Under the pieces are notes generated by a model. That model did not search any database, was not told the origin of the DNA, and saw only the letters and a list, made by a program, of their open reading frames with translations. This document shows, in pieces, positions 1-9,215 of a stretch of 64,000 nucleotides of DNA; position 1 is the stretch's first letter, and the number at the start of each line of letters is the position of its first letter. Origin of the DNA: Ignavibacteriota bacterium (GTDB lineage Bacteria; Bacteroidota; Ignavibacteria; UBA10030); the NCBI GenBank assembly GCA_963769605.1, contig CAVYML010000009.1, positions 1,419,041 through 1,483,040 of the forward strand, read 5' to 3'. The translations under genes and the position numbers were made by a program.

Positions 1-890
1 AATATGGAACAGTCACCGCGCTTGATGCAGTAACATTAGAAGTGCAGCGGCAGGAGTTCTTCGGCCTGCTGGGTCCCAATGGAGCGGGCAAGACCACGCT
101 GATGAATCTCCTTGTCGGGTATTTCAATCCGGACAGCGGCACGATCACCATCGACGGCGGCACCGTGACTCAGGATACACTGGAGATCAGGAAGAAAATC
201 GGATTTGTTCCGCAAACCCTCGCTTTGTACGACGAGCTTACTGCACAGGAAAATTTAGAAATATTCGGCAAAATGTTCGATATCCCGCGAACGCTCTTAA
301 AGAAGCGTATCGGGGAGCAGCTCCATGCCGTTGAGTTGTACGATAGGCGCAAAGATAAAGTGAAAACATTTTCAGGCGGCATGAAACGACGGCTCAATAT
401 CATTGCGAGCTTGCTGCACGACCCGAAGGTGCTGCTGTGCGACGAACCGACTGTAGGCGTCGACCCTCAATCCCGCAACGCTATCTTCGATTTTCTCACG
501 TCACTGAACAAGCAGGGGATGACAATTATCTATACGACGCATTATATGGAAGAAGCAGAACGGCTTTGCAGCCGTATCGGTATTATCGATCATGGTAAAA
601 TCATTGCATTGGATACTTTAGATAAACTTTTGGAAAAGCTCTCTTACGAAGAAACGATTTCGATTATCAAGAATCCATCGACTGTAAAAAATCGTACGGT
701 ATTTGAGAAATTCGGAACGCTCCTTGAAGAAGACGATCATTATGAGTTAAAACCTGCGGATGGTTTTTTACTGTCGAAATTTTTTGCCGGTATAGAAAAA
801 CAGGGAATAAAATATTCCTGGATTGAATTGCAGCGCCCGACTCTGGAAGCGCTCTTTCTACAATTGACAGGAAGGAGGTTGCGGGATTGA
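1..890 (+). CDS. ABC transporter ATP-binding protein (5' partial; the frame enters the window at nt 3)
   Basis: Translation from nt 3 reads [32 protein letters not shown] (Walker A). Further on are the ABC signature FSGGMKRRL and Walker B LLLCDEP. The true start lies upstream of the window. Confidence 0.9.
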   Translation, partial: YGTVTALDAVTLEVQRQEFFGLLGPNGAGKTTLMNLLVGYFNPDSGTITIDGGTVTQDTLEIRKKIGFVPQTLALYDELTAQENLEIFGKMFDIPRTLLKKRIGEQLHAVELYDRRKDKVKTFSGGMKRRLNIIASLLHDPKVLLCDEPTVGVDPQSRNAIFDFLTSLNKQGMTIIYTTHYMEEAERLCSRIGIIDHGKIIALDTLDKLLEKLSYEETISIIKNPSTVKNRTVFEKFGTLLEEDDHYELKPADGFLLSKFFAGIEKQGIKYSWIELQRPTLEALFLQLTGRRLRD

Positions 891-2200
891 AACAGGTCTA
901 TCGATTATTTAAAAGCTCATACCGGATTTTCTGGAATGACAAAGTCTCCGTCGCATTGACCTTTATCGTGCCACTGGTGCTTATGACCATCTTCGGTGCG
1001 GTTTTCGGCGGATCCGGCTCCGGCCCGCAGGGAATACGGCTGGCGGTATTAAATCAAAGCACGGCTCCCGTAGCGAAAAGTATAGAATCTTCACTCGATA
1101 CGATAAAAGCGTTTTCTGTCATCAAGTCCTTTAAAACGGATTCCGGAAAGACGGTTATGTTCGATACGCTTTCGATTCAGGAATATGTCCGAAGCGGGAA
1201 AGCATCCGCTGCATTAGTTCTGCCGCCCGATACGTATGCAGATACATCCGTCGGACTTTTTGTCAAATTCTATTATGATCCGAAGAATGAAATGGAGATG
1301 CAGACCGTACGGGGACTCATCCAGCAGGTTGTATTCAGCCAGTTCCCTTCGGTCATGGCGCAAAGCGGACTGCGGCAGACCGAGAGATATTTAGGAATCA
1401 AATCCGGAAGCACGTTCAATCGCAATATGGCTTCTCTTATTCATAAATATTTTAAAGTGGATACAAATGTCATTTTACATCCCAGTCTTTCAAATTTTAA
1501 AATAACCGGCAATGATTCTGCCGGAGGCCATGCAAATATCCTTAATAATATCGTGCGCATAGAGAACCAACAGCTTATCGGTAAAGAGATGAAGAATCCA
1601 TGGGCAACCCGGAGTGTGGGTGGATGGGGTGTTATGTTTCTTATGTTCACATTGACAGCTACATCATCATCGTTATTTGATGAGCGGAGATCCGGAGTAC
1701 TTTTGAGAATGCTGACCTCTCCGGTTTCGCGGACACAGATTCTCTGGAACAAGTATATTTTTAATATGTCGTTAGGCATAATTCAATTGCTTTTCATGTT
1801 CGTTTTTGGGTGGTTGATGTTTCAGATAGATATATTTTCGAATTTTTTAAATCTTATGCTGGTCATCATCGCTGCATCGGTAGCGTGCACGGCGCTCGGG
1901 ATGCTCATTGCCGCATTTTCCCAAACCCGCCAGCAGGCAAACGGATTAGGAACGCTGCTGATACTGAGTATGAGTTCAATAGGCGGGGCATGGTTTCCGA
2001 CTTCTTTTATACCTGCAACAGTTCAATTCTTCAGCAAGCTGACGGTTGTGTACTGGACGATAGAAGGTTTTATGGAAGTATTATGGAGAGGCGTAGGATT
2101 TATGTCCATCCTGCCGCATCTTGCAATTTTATTAGGCATCGGTGCGGTGTTCAATATTATCAGCGTCCGTCAATTCAGAAAAGGACATATATTCGATTGA
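887..2200 (+). CDS. ABC-2 family transporter permease
   Basis: 437 aa. An N-terminal TM helix is followed by a large periplasmic loop and then a C-terminal cluster of about 5 TM helices, the ABC-2 topology. Its start overlaps the upstream ATPase stop (ATGA), which implies an operon. Confidence 0.8.
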   Translation: MKQVYRLFKSSYRIFWNDKVSVALTFIVPLVLMTIFGAVFGGSGSGPQGIRLAVLNQSTAPVAKSIESSLDTIKAFSVIKSFKTDSGKTVMFDTLSIQEYVRSGKASAALVLPPDTYADTSVGLFVKFYYDPKNEMEMQTVRGLIQQVVFSQFPSVMAQSGLRQTERYLGIKSGSTFNRNMASLIHKYFKVDTNVILHPSLSNFKITGNDSAGGHANILNNIVRIENQQLIGKEMKNPWATRSVGGWGVMFLMFTLTATSSSLFDERRSGVLLRMLTSPVSRTQILWNKYIFNMSLGIIQLLFMFVFGWLMFQIDIFSNFLNLMLVIIAASVACTALGMLIAAFSQTRQQANGLGTLLILSMSSIGGAWFPTSFIPATVQFFSKLTVVYWTIEGFMEVLWRGVGFMSILPHLAILLGIGAVFNIISVRQFRKGHIFD

Positions 2201-2309
2201 CCCACCTTGGAAAGGTGTCAAAAAAGGTAATCATATTCCCTAACAAATCTGATGGTTTTGAGAGACACCTTTCCAAGGTGTCACTAAGGTGTCACTAAGG
2301 TGTCACTAT
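2201..2309. repeat. Hairpin repeat element, left copy. Arms are CCCACCTTGGAAAGGTGTC (2201-2219) and GACACCTTTCCAAGGTG (2264-2280); three tandem 11-mers GGTGTCACTAA follow (2277-2309)
   Basis: The two arms are reverse complements read directly from the sequence. A near-identical ~80-bp element recurs at 15792..15862. Partial copies of the core are at 2986, 15901 and 16211. Confidence 0.85.
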
Positions 2310-2351
2310 TTCTTCTTTTTAAAAATTGAGAACTGATTCGTGATGTTGTCT

Positions 2352-2687
2352 TCATTCTATGAGGTTGAAAATCTCTCGCCGCCCTGATTCCACAAGGGGG
2401 ATAAATTTGCCATACCATTCTCCGAATTCTTTTGCTCCCATCGCATCTTGCGATGACTTCTCGAATGCCGTGAGGTTTTCGTATGTCGATTCCATGACGA
2501 GTGTATAGAATTCTCCGGTGAGATCGGTCATAAATTGGGCCGGTGCGTGACCGAATTTCTTCATGAGCTCCTGCTGTTCTTTTATGAGGGCTTTAGCGTC
2601 TTTCGCTTTGCCGAACTTCAATGAATGAAAAGAATGCAGTGAATGAGAATATCTTCTTCTTCGTGATGATGAAATCGGTATTCTCAT
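2352..2687 (-). CDS. Hypothetical small protein; the start codon is uncertain (possibly the internal Met, which would give about 70 aa)
   Basis: The ORF is intact but has no recognisable motif. The N-terminal region is Arg/Ser/His-rich and may not be translated. Confidence 0.35.
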   Translation of the reverse strand: MRIPISSSRRRRYSHSLHSFHSLKFGKAKDAKALIKEQQELMKKFGHAPAQFMTDLTGEFYTLVMESTYENLTAFEKSSQDAMGAKEFGEWYGKFIPLVESGRREIFNLIE

Positions 2688-3106
2688 ATTTTATTATTTT
2701 GAAAAACATCAGTTTATTCTAAATCGTTCCATCCGCCTCGCGCTGCTACATGACCTCGTTTCTCGAAGACATTGTTGAGACCTGCGAACAAATCACGCCG
2801 TTTGCAAGGTTTCTGAACAGCGCGGTCATGACAGGGTCCATAATTATGCAGATATTTTTGACATGGTTTATAGCTTACATGGATTTGGAACCTGCCGAAC
2901 CTCAGGAATGACACAAATACGTTGTTTTATATGTCCATAAATTAATGTAAATTTATGGAGTTAGATTCCTTATATTTATGGCAGTGACCTACCTTGGAAA
3001 TGAAGTAAAATTGCACCGGCTGCAAGATTTCTGAACAGCGCGGTTATGTAATTATATTGAATTTGTAGTAATTAACATGATATGATTTATCAATACTAAC
3101 TTTCCG

Positions 3107-3152
3107 AAACCTTGGCAAGGGTTGGGAACCTTGCCAAGGTTTGTCCTTTTAG
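3107..3152 (+). terminator. Terminator-like hairpin: AACCTTGGCAAGG-GTTGGG-AACCTTGCCAAGGTT followed by TTTGTCCTTTT
   Basis: A perfect 13-bp inverted repeat followed by a T-rich tract, lying in the 650-bp intergenic region upstream of fic. The stem is related to the CCTTGG core of the island-boundary repeats. Confidence 0.35.
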
Positions 3153-3347
3153 CAGCAGTCTACTATTTGCTGGGAGAAGAATTCGATAGAAATCCCTTCT
3201 TAATTTTCACTTTGAGGGGCATCGAACAGCTTGTTGTACTTTCAAAAAGGAGATTTTTCTTGATTTAAACAAGAAAATTCTTATTTTAAGATAATGCCAT
3301 AAGTTAAAATACAACCTTTTCTTATTTTAAGATACTCTTGAAAGAAA

Positions 3348-4484
3348 ATGGATATAAAAGACTACAAAGCCGGCAGATACCAGCAGCAAAAACATTATCA
3401 GGCATTCTTTCCGGCAGCAATCAATTCAACCTGGACATGGTCCGATCCGAAAATAAATACGCTCCTCTCCGAAGCAAATCATAAATTAGGCGAATTGAAT
3501 GCATATTCGCTTCGCATTCCGGATGTCGAATATTTTATAGAGATGCACGTCATAAAAGAAGCAACCACTTCCAGCAAGATCGAAGGAACACAAACGGAGA
3601 TCGGCGATGTATTGCTGGCAAGGAAAGATATCGATCCTGAAAAAAGGGACGATTGGCAGGAAGTGCAGAATTATGTAAAAGCAATGAATTATGCCATTGC
3701 AAAACTCAAATCGCTGCCTCTCTCAACCCGCTTGCTCAAAGAAACGCATAAAATTCTGCTCAGTAAAGGGCGCGGAATTACGAAGCAGCCGGGTGAATAT
3801 CGCACAAGTCAGAATTGGATCGGCGGTGCGACGATCCAGGACGCCTTCTTTGTTCCTCCTCCATTTGGAGAGATTCATAGTCTGATGGGCGATTTGGAAA
3901 ACTTTCTTCATAATGATGGAATTGATGTACCGCAATTAATCAAAATTGCGATTGCGCATTATCAATTCGAAACGATCCATCCGTTCCTGGACGGTAATGG
4001 ACGAGTCGGCCGCCTGATGATAGCATTGTATCTTGTCAGCGAAGGATTGCTTGCAAAACCGACATTGTATTTATCGGATTATTTTGAAAAGAATAGAATC
4101 CTCTATTACGATAAACTTTCTATTGCGCGCACATCAAACGACCTTGCACAATGGATAAAGTTTTTCCTTATTGCGGTTATTGAGACATCGAAGAATGGAG
4201 TCAGAACATTTGAACGCATCGTCCGGCTCCGTGAGAAAATCGAAGGGGAAAAGATTATAACACTTGGCAGAAAACTCCCGAAAGCGAAAGAGCTTATGAA
4301 TGTTTTGTACAGCCGGCCAAGTCTCACGGCAGCGGAGGCGGCAGAATGTGTAAAAGTGACGCCGGCTACCGCAAATGCGCTCATCCGAGATTTTGTCAAG
4401 CTGTCGATTTTAATTGAAGTAACAGGCGGAAAGAGAAACAGAAGATTTATTTTTGAGGATTATATTAATCTATTCCAACAATGA
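3348..4484 (+). CDS. fic: Fic family protein (AMPylation/adenylyltransferase fold), class II with an N-terminal inhibitory helix
   Basis: Canonical Fic motif HPFLDGNGRVGRL. The inhibitory-helix motif (S/T)xxxE(G/N) is present upstream as SSKIEG. The length of about 378 aa fits Fic_N + Fic + C-terminal wHTH. Confidence 0.9.
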   Translation: MDIKDYKAGRYQQQKHYQAFFPAAINSTWTWSDPKINTLLSEANHKLGELNAYSLRIPDVEYFIEMHVIKEATTSSKIEGTQTEIGDVLLARKDIDPEKRDDWQEVQNYVKAMNYAIAKLKSLPLSTRLLKETHKILLSKGRGITKQPGEYRTSQNWIGGATIQDAFFVPPPFGEIHSLMGDLENFLHNDGIDVPQLIKIAIAHYQFETIHPFLDGNGRVGRLMIALYLVSEGLLAKPTLYLSDYFEKNRILYYDKLSIARTSNDLAQWIKFFLIAVIETSKNGVRTFERIVRLREKIEGEKIITLGRKLPKAKELMNVLYSRPSLTAAEAAECVKVTPATANALIRDFVKLSILIEVTGGKRNRRFIFEDYINLFQQ

Positions 4485-4563
4485 TTTGCTTGCTGTGTTC
4501 ACAAATGACATTGATGCATTTTGGCAGGAATTTTAATACGTTGTAATAAACAATCATTCGAAC

Positions 4564-7347
4564 ATGGTCAATCAAACACCTGAACAACGAGCGCGCGATT
4601 TAATCGATAAGGCATTGGAGCAATCCAGCTGGATTGTTCAGGATAAGAAAAACATCAATCTCAATGCCGGCGCAGGCATTGCCGTTCGGGAATATCAGAC
4701 CGATGCGGGTCCGGCGGATTATATTTTGTTCGCGGAAAAGAAACCTGTCGGCGTTATTGAAGCAAAGCAAACAAATGAAGGCCTCCATCTCACAGCACAC
4801 GAGCCGCAGACACAGAAATACGCCACAGCAAAACTGAAGCACCTCGATAACCAACCTCTGGTATTCTGCTATGAAAGCACGGGAGATGTAACGCGATTTA
4901 CCGATTACCGCGATCCAAAGCCGCGTTCAAGGGAAGTCTTTACATTCCATAAGCCGGAAACGTTTATTGAGTGGCTGAAGCAGGATGCGTCCTTGCGAGG
5001 ACGGCTGCAGACAATCCCTGCGCTTCCAACAGAACATTTACGCGATTGCCAGATACGCGCTATTAATAACCTTGAGGGATCGTTCAAAGAGAACCGCCCT
5101 CGCGCGTTGATACAAATGGCGACGGGTTCGGGCAAAACATTTACGGCTATTACATCGGTATACCGATTGCTGAAATATGCCGGAGCAAAACGGATTCTTT
5201 TCCTGGTGGATACGAAAAACCTCGGCGAGCAAGCGGAACAGGAATTCATGGCCTATCAGCCAAACGATGACAACCGCAGGTTCATGGAGTTGTATTCCAT
5301 TCAGCGATTGAAAAGCAACTATGTCCCGACCGATACGCATGTCTGCATTTGCACGATTCAGCGCTTGTATTCGATACTCAAAGGAACGGAATTGGACGAA
5401 GCGGCAGAAGAGGAAAATCCGAACGAGCGGAAATACCAGCCGAAGGATCCTGTGCCGGTTGCCTATAATGCAAAAGTGCCCGTCGAGTTCTTCGATTTCA
5501 TTATCATCGATGAATGCCATAGAAGCATTTACAACCTCTGGAAACAGGTACTGGATTATTTCGATTCATTCCTCATCGGACTGACAGCAACACCGGACAA
5601 CCGGACATTCGGTTTCTTCAACCAGAATATCGTTAGCGAATACACACACGAAGAAGCTGTGACCGACGGCGTGAATGTAGGAAGCGACGTCTTTACCATC
5701 GAAACGAAAATCACAAAACAGGGAAGCAGCATCCAGAAGGGACAATATGTCGATAAGCGGGAACGGCTGACGCGCAAGAAGCGATGGGAACAGACGGATG
5801 AAGATGTTGTCTATACCGGCCAGCAATTAGACAATGATGTTGTAAATCCCAGCCAGATACGCCTTATCATCAAAACATTTAAAGAATATCTTCCTGAAAT
5901 ATTTCCTGATCGCCATGATGAACGCGGGGAATTTGAAGTCCCCAAGACACTCGTCTTTGCAAAATCTGATTCGCATGCAGACGATATTATACAAATCATC
6001 AGGGAGGAATTTGCAGAGGAAAATAATTTCTGCCAGAAGATTACATATACGGCAGATAACCCAAAAACCACGCTGTCGTCTTTTCGAGGAGATTATAATC
6101 CTCGCATTGCCGTCACGGTGGATATGATTGCGACGGGAACAGATGTGCGTCCGCTGGAATGTCTGCTCTTTATGCGGGACGTGAAAAGCCGCAATTACTT
6201 TGAGCAGATGAAGGGGCGCGGCACACGAACGTTGTCACTGGATGATCTCCATAAGGTATCCAAAACAGCAAAGTGCACGAAGGATCATTTTGTTATTGTG
6301 GATGCCATCGGCGTAACGAAGAGCATTAAGACCGATATTCATCCGCTGGAACGAAAGCCCACCGTGCCGCTGAAAGATTTGCTGGAATCTGTTGCCGTGG
6401 GTGTGCGGGAAGAAGATTTATTCACATCGCTTGCCAACCGGCTTGTGCGATTAGATAGACAAATTACAGAGCCGGAGCGAAAGCTCTTTGTGGAAAAAGC
6501 GAACGGCAAGACTCCCGCACATGCAGCAAAAGAGCTTCTCAATGCTTATAACCCGGATACGCTTGAGCAGATCAAAGCAGAGATTGCCGGGAAGATGAAG
6601 AATGCATCAGCATCTGAACAACATTCAGCATTCATCACTTATCATTCCTCATTGCTCGAAGAGGCGGCGAGGATTTTTACCGGCGTGCTGAATACGTACA
6701 TCGAGAATGTGCGCAAAATACACGAACAGATTATCGATACGTTGAACCGTGATACGCTTGCCGGAGCAGGATGGCAAGCGGAGAACAAATCAAAAGCGGA
6801 AGCATTAATAAAGGAATTTACCGCGTGGATGGAATCGCATAAAGATGAGATTACTGCACTGCAGATATTTTATAACCAGCTATACCGCAGGCGTGAGCTG
6901 ACGTATGCAATGATATTAGACCTGTGCCAGAAACTGAAATTGGATGCGCCCTCGCTTGCGCCTCTGCACGTCTGGCAGGCGTATGAAATATTGGATACAA
7001 AGACTCAGCACGGCACACCAAAGAGCGAACTGACTGCACTGGTAGCGCTGATACGAACTGTATGCGGCATTAATAAGACATTAACATTGTATGATAAAAC
7101 GGTGGACAGGAATTTCCAGCAATGGATATTGAAAAAGAATGCGGGACAGCATAACCGGTTCACCGACGAGCAGATGCAATGGCTCAGAATGATTAAAGAG
7201 CATGTAGCGATGTCATTCCATATTGAGAAAGACGACTTTGAACTCGATCCGTTTAAGGCCGTGGGCGGATTGGGAAAAATGTGGCAGCTCTTTGGAGAGC
7301 AGATGGATCCGATATTGAATGAGTTGAATGAAAGTCTGGTAGCATGA
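4564..7347 (+). CDS. hsdR: Type I restriction enzyme R subunit (HsdR)
   Basis: The N-terminus is HsdR_N-like (GPADYILFAEKKPVGVIEAKQT). SF2 helicase motifs are MATGSGKTFTAI (motif I), IIIDECHRS (DEAH box) and TGTDVRPL. The C-terminus is EcoEI_R_C-like. 927 aa. Confidence 0.9.
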   Translation: MVNQTPEQRARDLIDKALEQSSWIVQDKKNINLNAGAGIAVREYQTDAGPADYILFAEKKPVGVIEAKQTNEGLHLTAHEPQTQKYATAKLKHLDNQPLVFCYESTGDVTRFTDYRDPKPRSREVFTFHKPETFIEWLKQDASLRGRLQTIPALPTEHLRDCQIRAINNLEGSFKENRPRALIQMATGSGKTFTAITSVYRLLKYAGAKRILFLVDTKNLGEQAEQEFMAYQPNDDNRRFMELYSIQRLKSNYVPTDTHVCICTIQRLYSILKGTELDEAAEEENPNERKYQPKDPVPVAYNAKVPVEFFDFIIIDECHRSIYNLWKQVLDYFDSFLIGLTATPDNRTFGFFNQNIVSEYTHEEAVTDGVNVGSDVFTIETKITKQGSSIQKGQYVDKRERLTRKKRWEQTDEDVVYTGQQLDNDVVNPSQIRLIIKTFKEYLPEIFPDRHDERGEFEVPKTLVFAKSDSHADDIIQIIREEFAEENNFCQKITYTADNPKTTLSSFRGDYNPRIAVTVDMIATGTDVRPLECLLFMRDVKSRNYFEQMKGRGTRTLSLDDLHKVSKTAKCTKDHFVIVDAIGVTKSIKTDIHPLERKPTVPLKDLLESVAVGVREEDLFTSLANRLVRLDRQITEPERKLFVEKANGKTPAHAAKELLNAYNPDTLEQIKAEIAGKMKNASASEQHSAFITYHSSLLEEAARIFTGVLNTYIENVRKIHEQIIDTLNRDTLAGAGWQAENKSKAEALIKEFTAWMESHKDEITALQIFYNQLYRRRELTYAMILDLCQKLKLDAPSLAPLHVWQAYEILDTKTQHGTPKSELTALVALIRTVCGINKTLTLYDKTVDRNFQQWILKKNAGQHNRFTDEQMQWLRMIKEHVAMSFHIEKDDFELDPFKAVGGLGKMWQLFGEQMDPILNELNESLVA

Positions 7348-8471
7348 TGCAGAAAGAATCACAGCAAATCATGATGCAGCATTCGGAAGTAAAGATAAGA
7401 TTGCTAAAACTTTATCTTGAACGATATTTGACTGTCTTAAGCATGTCGAAATACTTCGGTGATATCTATATTTATGATTTGTTCTGTGGTGAGGGAATTT
7501 ATGAAAATGGTGGCAAAGGCAGTCCAATAATTATTTTAGAGACGATTAAACCGATCTATTTCGTGAGTAAAGCAAAAGGAAATGATAAAGATAAATTTAA
7601 TTGTCTGTTTAATGATATAGATTCTGATAAAATAGAAAAATTGAGAGAAGAAATTGCCAACAGGCATCTCTATTATCCAGAAATGGGAAGGTTGGATATT
7701 CGACAAATGGATTACAAGTATCTCCTTCCCTTGGTAAATGAAGAAATAAATACATTCAAGAAGGAAAAGGCATTTGTTTTTATTGATCCCTATGGATACA
7801 AAGATATTAAGGTCTCGGATATTATGAATTTATTAAGCTCTAAAAAGTCTGAAGTGCTTTTATTTCTACCGACACAGTTTATGTTTAGATTTGAAACGAA
7901 GGGAACTCCTGTATGCTTAGTCGATTTTATCAGCGAGCTCATGCCGCAGGAAAAATGGCCAACCAGTAATACCGGAATCAATTTTATAGAAACCTTAACA
8001 GAAGCATTTCGGAAGAAGCTAGGTCCCGATTATTTTACAGACTCCTTTATTATTACACGGGAATTAAATCAATTCTTTTGTCTATTCTTTTTTACAGGCC
8101 ATATTTATGGATTTGATAGGATGCTTGATGCTAAATGGGAGATAGATGCTGAAGAAGGCCGAGGATGGTGCTATCAAACAGGCGATTCATTGTTCGATGA
8201 TGGATGTAAGGTGGCGAATACTCGTAAATTGGAGAACAAGTTGTTAGAGACTTTATCAAAAGGAGAATGCACCAATGGTGAATTATATCGATTTACACTA
8301 CAAAATGGTCATTTGCCTTGCCATTCAAACGAAATATTGACAAACCTTCAAAAGGATGGAAGGTTGGTCGTAACAAAGGCGGATGGAACAATGGCGAGGA
8401 AAGCCGCTTTTTATTTAAGCTACAAGTTATATAAAAATGAACCAGACAAAATTAAAATAAGGTTAAAATAG
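7344..8471 (+). CDS. Three-Cys-motif partner protein (TcmP family), function unknown
   Basis: The N-terminal pattern (KIRLLKLYLERYL...DLFCGEGIYENGGKGSPII) and the ~375 aa size match my recollection of the TcmP family. A Gp37/Gp68 gene follows immediately, which is the defining pairing. The start overlaps the hsdR stop (ATGA). Confidence 0.6.
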   Translation: MMQKESQQIMMQHSEVKIRLLKLYLERYLTVLSMSKYFGDIYIYDLFCGEGIYENGGKGSPIIILETIKPIYFVSKAKGNDKDKFNCLFNDIDSDKIEKLREEIANRHLYYPEMGRLDIRQMDYKYLLPLVNEEINTFKKEKAFVFIDPYGYKDIKVSDIMNLLSSKKSEVLLFLPTQFMFRFETKGTPVCLVDFISELMPQEKWPTSNTGINFIETLTEAFRKKLGPDYFTDSFIITRELNQFFCLFFFTGHIYGFDRMLDAKWEIDAEEGRGWCYQTGDSLFDDGCKVANTRKLENKLLETLSKGECTNGELYRFTLQNGHLPCHSNEILTNLQKDGRLVVTKADGTMARKAAFYLSYKLYKNEPDKIKIRLK

Positions 8472-8472
8472 C

Positions 8473-9204
8473 ATGTCAAAAACTAGCATTGAATGGACGG
8501 AAATGACATGGAATCCTATAACAGGATGCAGCAAAATATCGACTGGTTGTAAATTCTGTTATGCTGAAGTAATGTCAAAAAGATTAAAAGCAATGGGAGT
8601 AGAGAAGTACTCGAATGCTTTTAAATTGACCTTGCATGAAAGCGATTTAAATATTCCATTTGAGTGGAAAAAACCTAAAATCGTTTTTGTCAATTCAATG
8701 AGTGATTTATTTCACAAGGATGTGCCGGTTGCGTACATTCAAAGAATATTTCGAGTTATGAAAGAAAACCCTCAACATGTATTTCAAATATTAACGAAGC
8801 GAGCAGATATATTGTTGAAATATGATAAAAAGAGACTGCTTGAATGGACGCATAATATTTGGATGGGAGTTACTGTCGAAAATGATAAGGTGATGAATAG
8901 AGTTGACATGCTAAAAGCAACAAAAGCGCGAATAAAATTTCTTAGTTGTGAACCGTTGTTGAGCGATCTTCCTAGATTAAATTTAAAAGGCATAGATTGG
9001 GTTATTGTGGGAGGAGAAAGTGGAAGATCGCCAAGACCAATGAAAAAGGAATGGGTCAAGAACATTAAAAATGAATGTAAAAGATCTGATGTCGCATTTT
9101 TCTTCAAGCAATGGGGTGGAACAAATCGAAAAAAGACCGGAAGGATGCTCGATGGGAGAATGTATAGTGAGATGCCAGATTTTCAAACGGTGAATGAAAA
9201 TTAA
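8473..9204 (+). CDS. Phage Gp37/Gp68 family protein (DUF5131), three-Cys-motif protein
   Basis: The N-terminus is SIEWTEMTWNPITGCSKISTGCKFCYAE, the characteristic TKIEWTD-TWNP-TGC...GC-FCY start of PF07505. There is a 1-nt gap after tcmP. Confidence 0.75.
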   Translation: MSKTSIEWTEMTWNPITGCSKISTGCKFCYAEVMSKRLKAMGVEKYSNAFKLTLHESDLNIPFEWKKPKIVFVNSMSDLFHKDVPVAYIQRIFRVMKENPQHVFQILTKRADILLKYDKKRLLEWTHNIWMGVTVENDKVMNRVDMLKATKARIKFLSCEPLLSDLPRLNLKGIDWVIVGGESGRSPRPMKKEWVKNIKNECKRSDVAFFFKQWGGTNRKKTGRMLDGRMYSEMPDFQTVNEN

Positions 9205-9215
9205 TTTTTTAAATA

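Noticed and set aside
1810-2298. 162-aa ORF on + strand overlapping the 3' half of the ABC-2 permease gene in another frame
   Set aside because: It is entirely inside a well-supported membrane-protein gene and has no motifs. It is a typical alternative-frame artefact.
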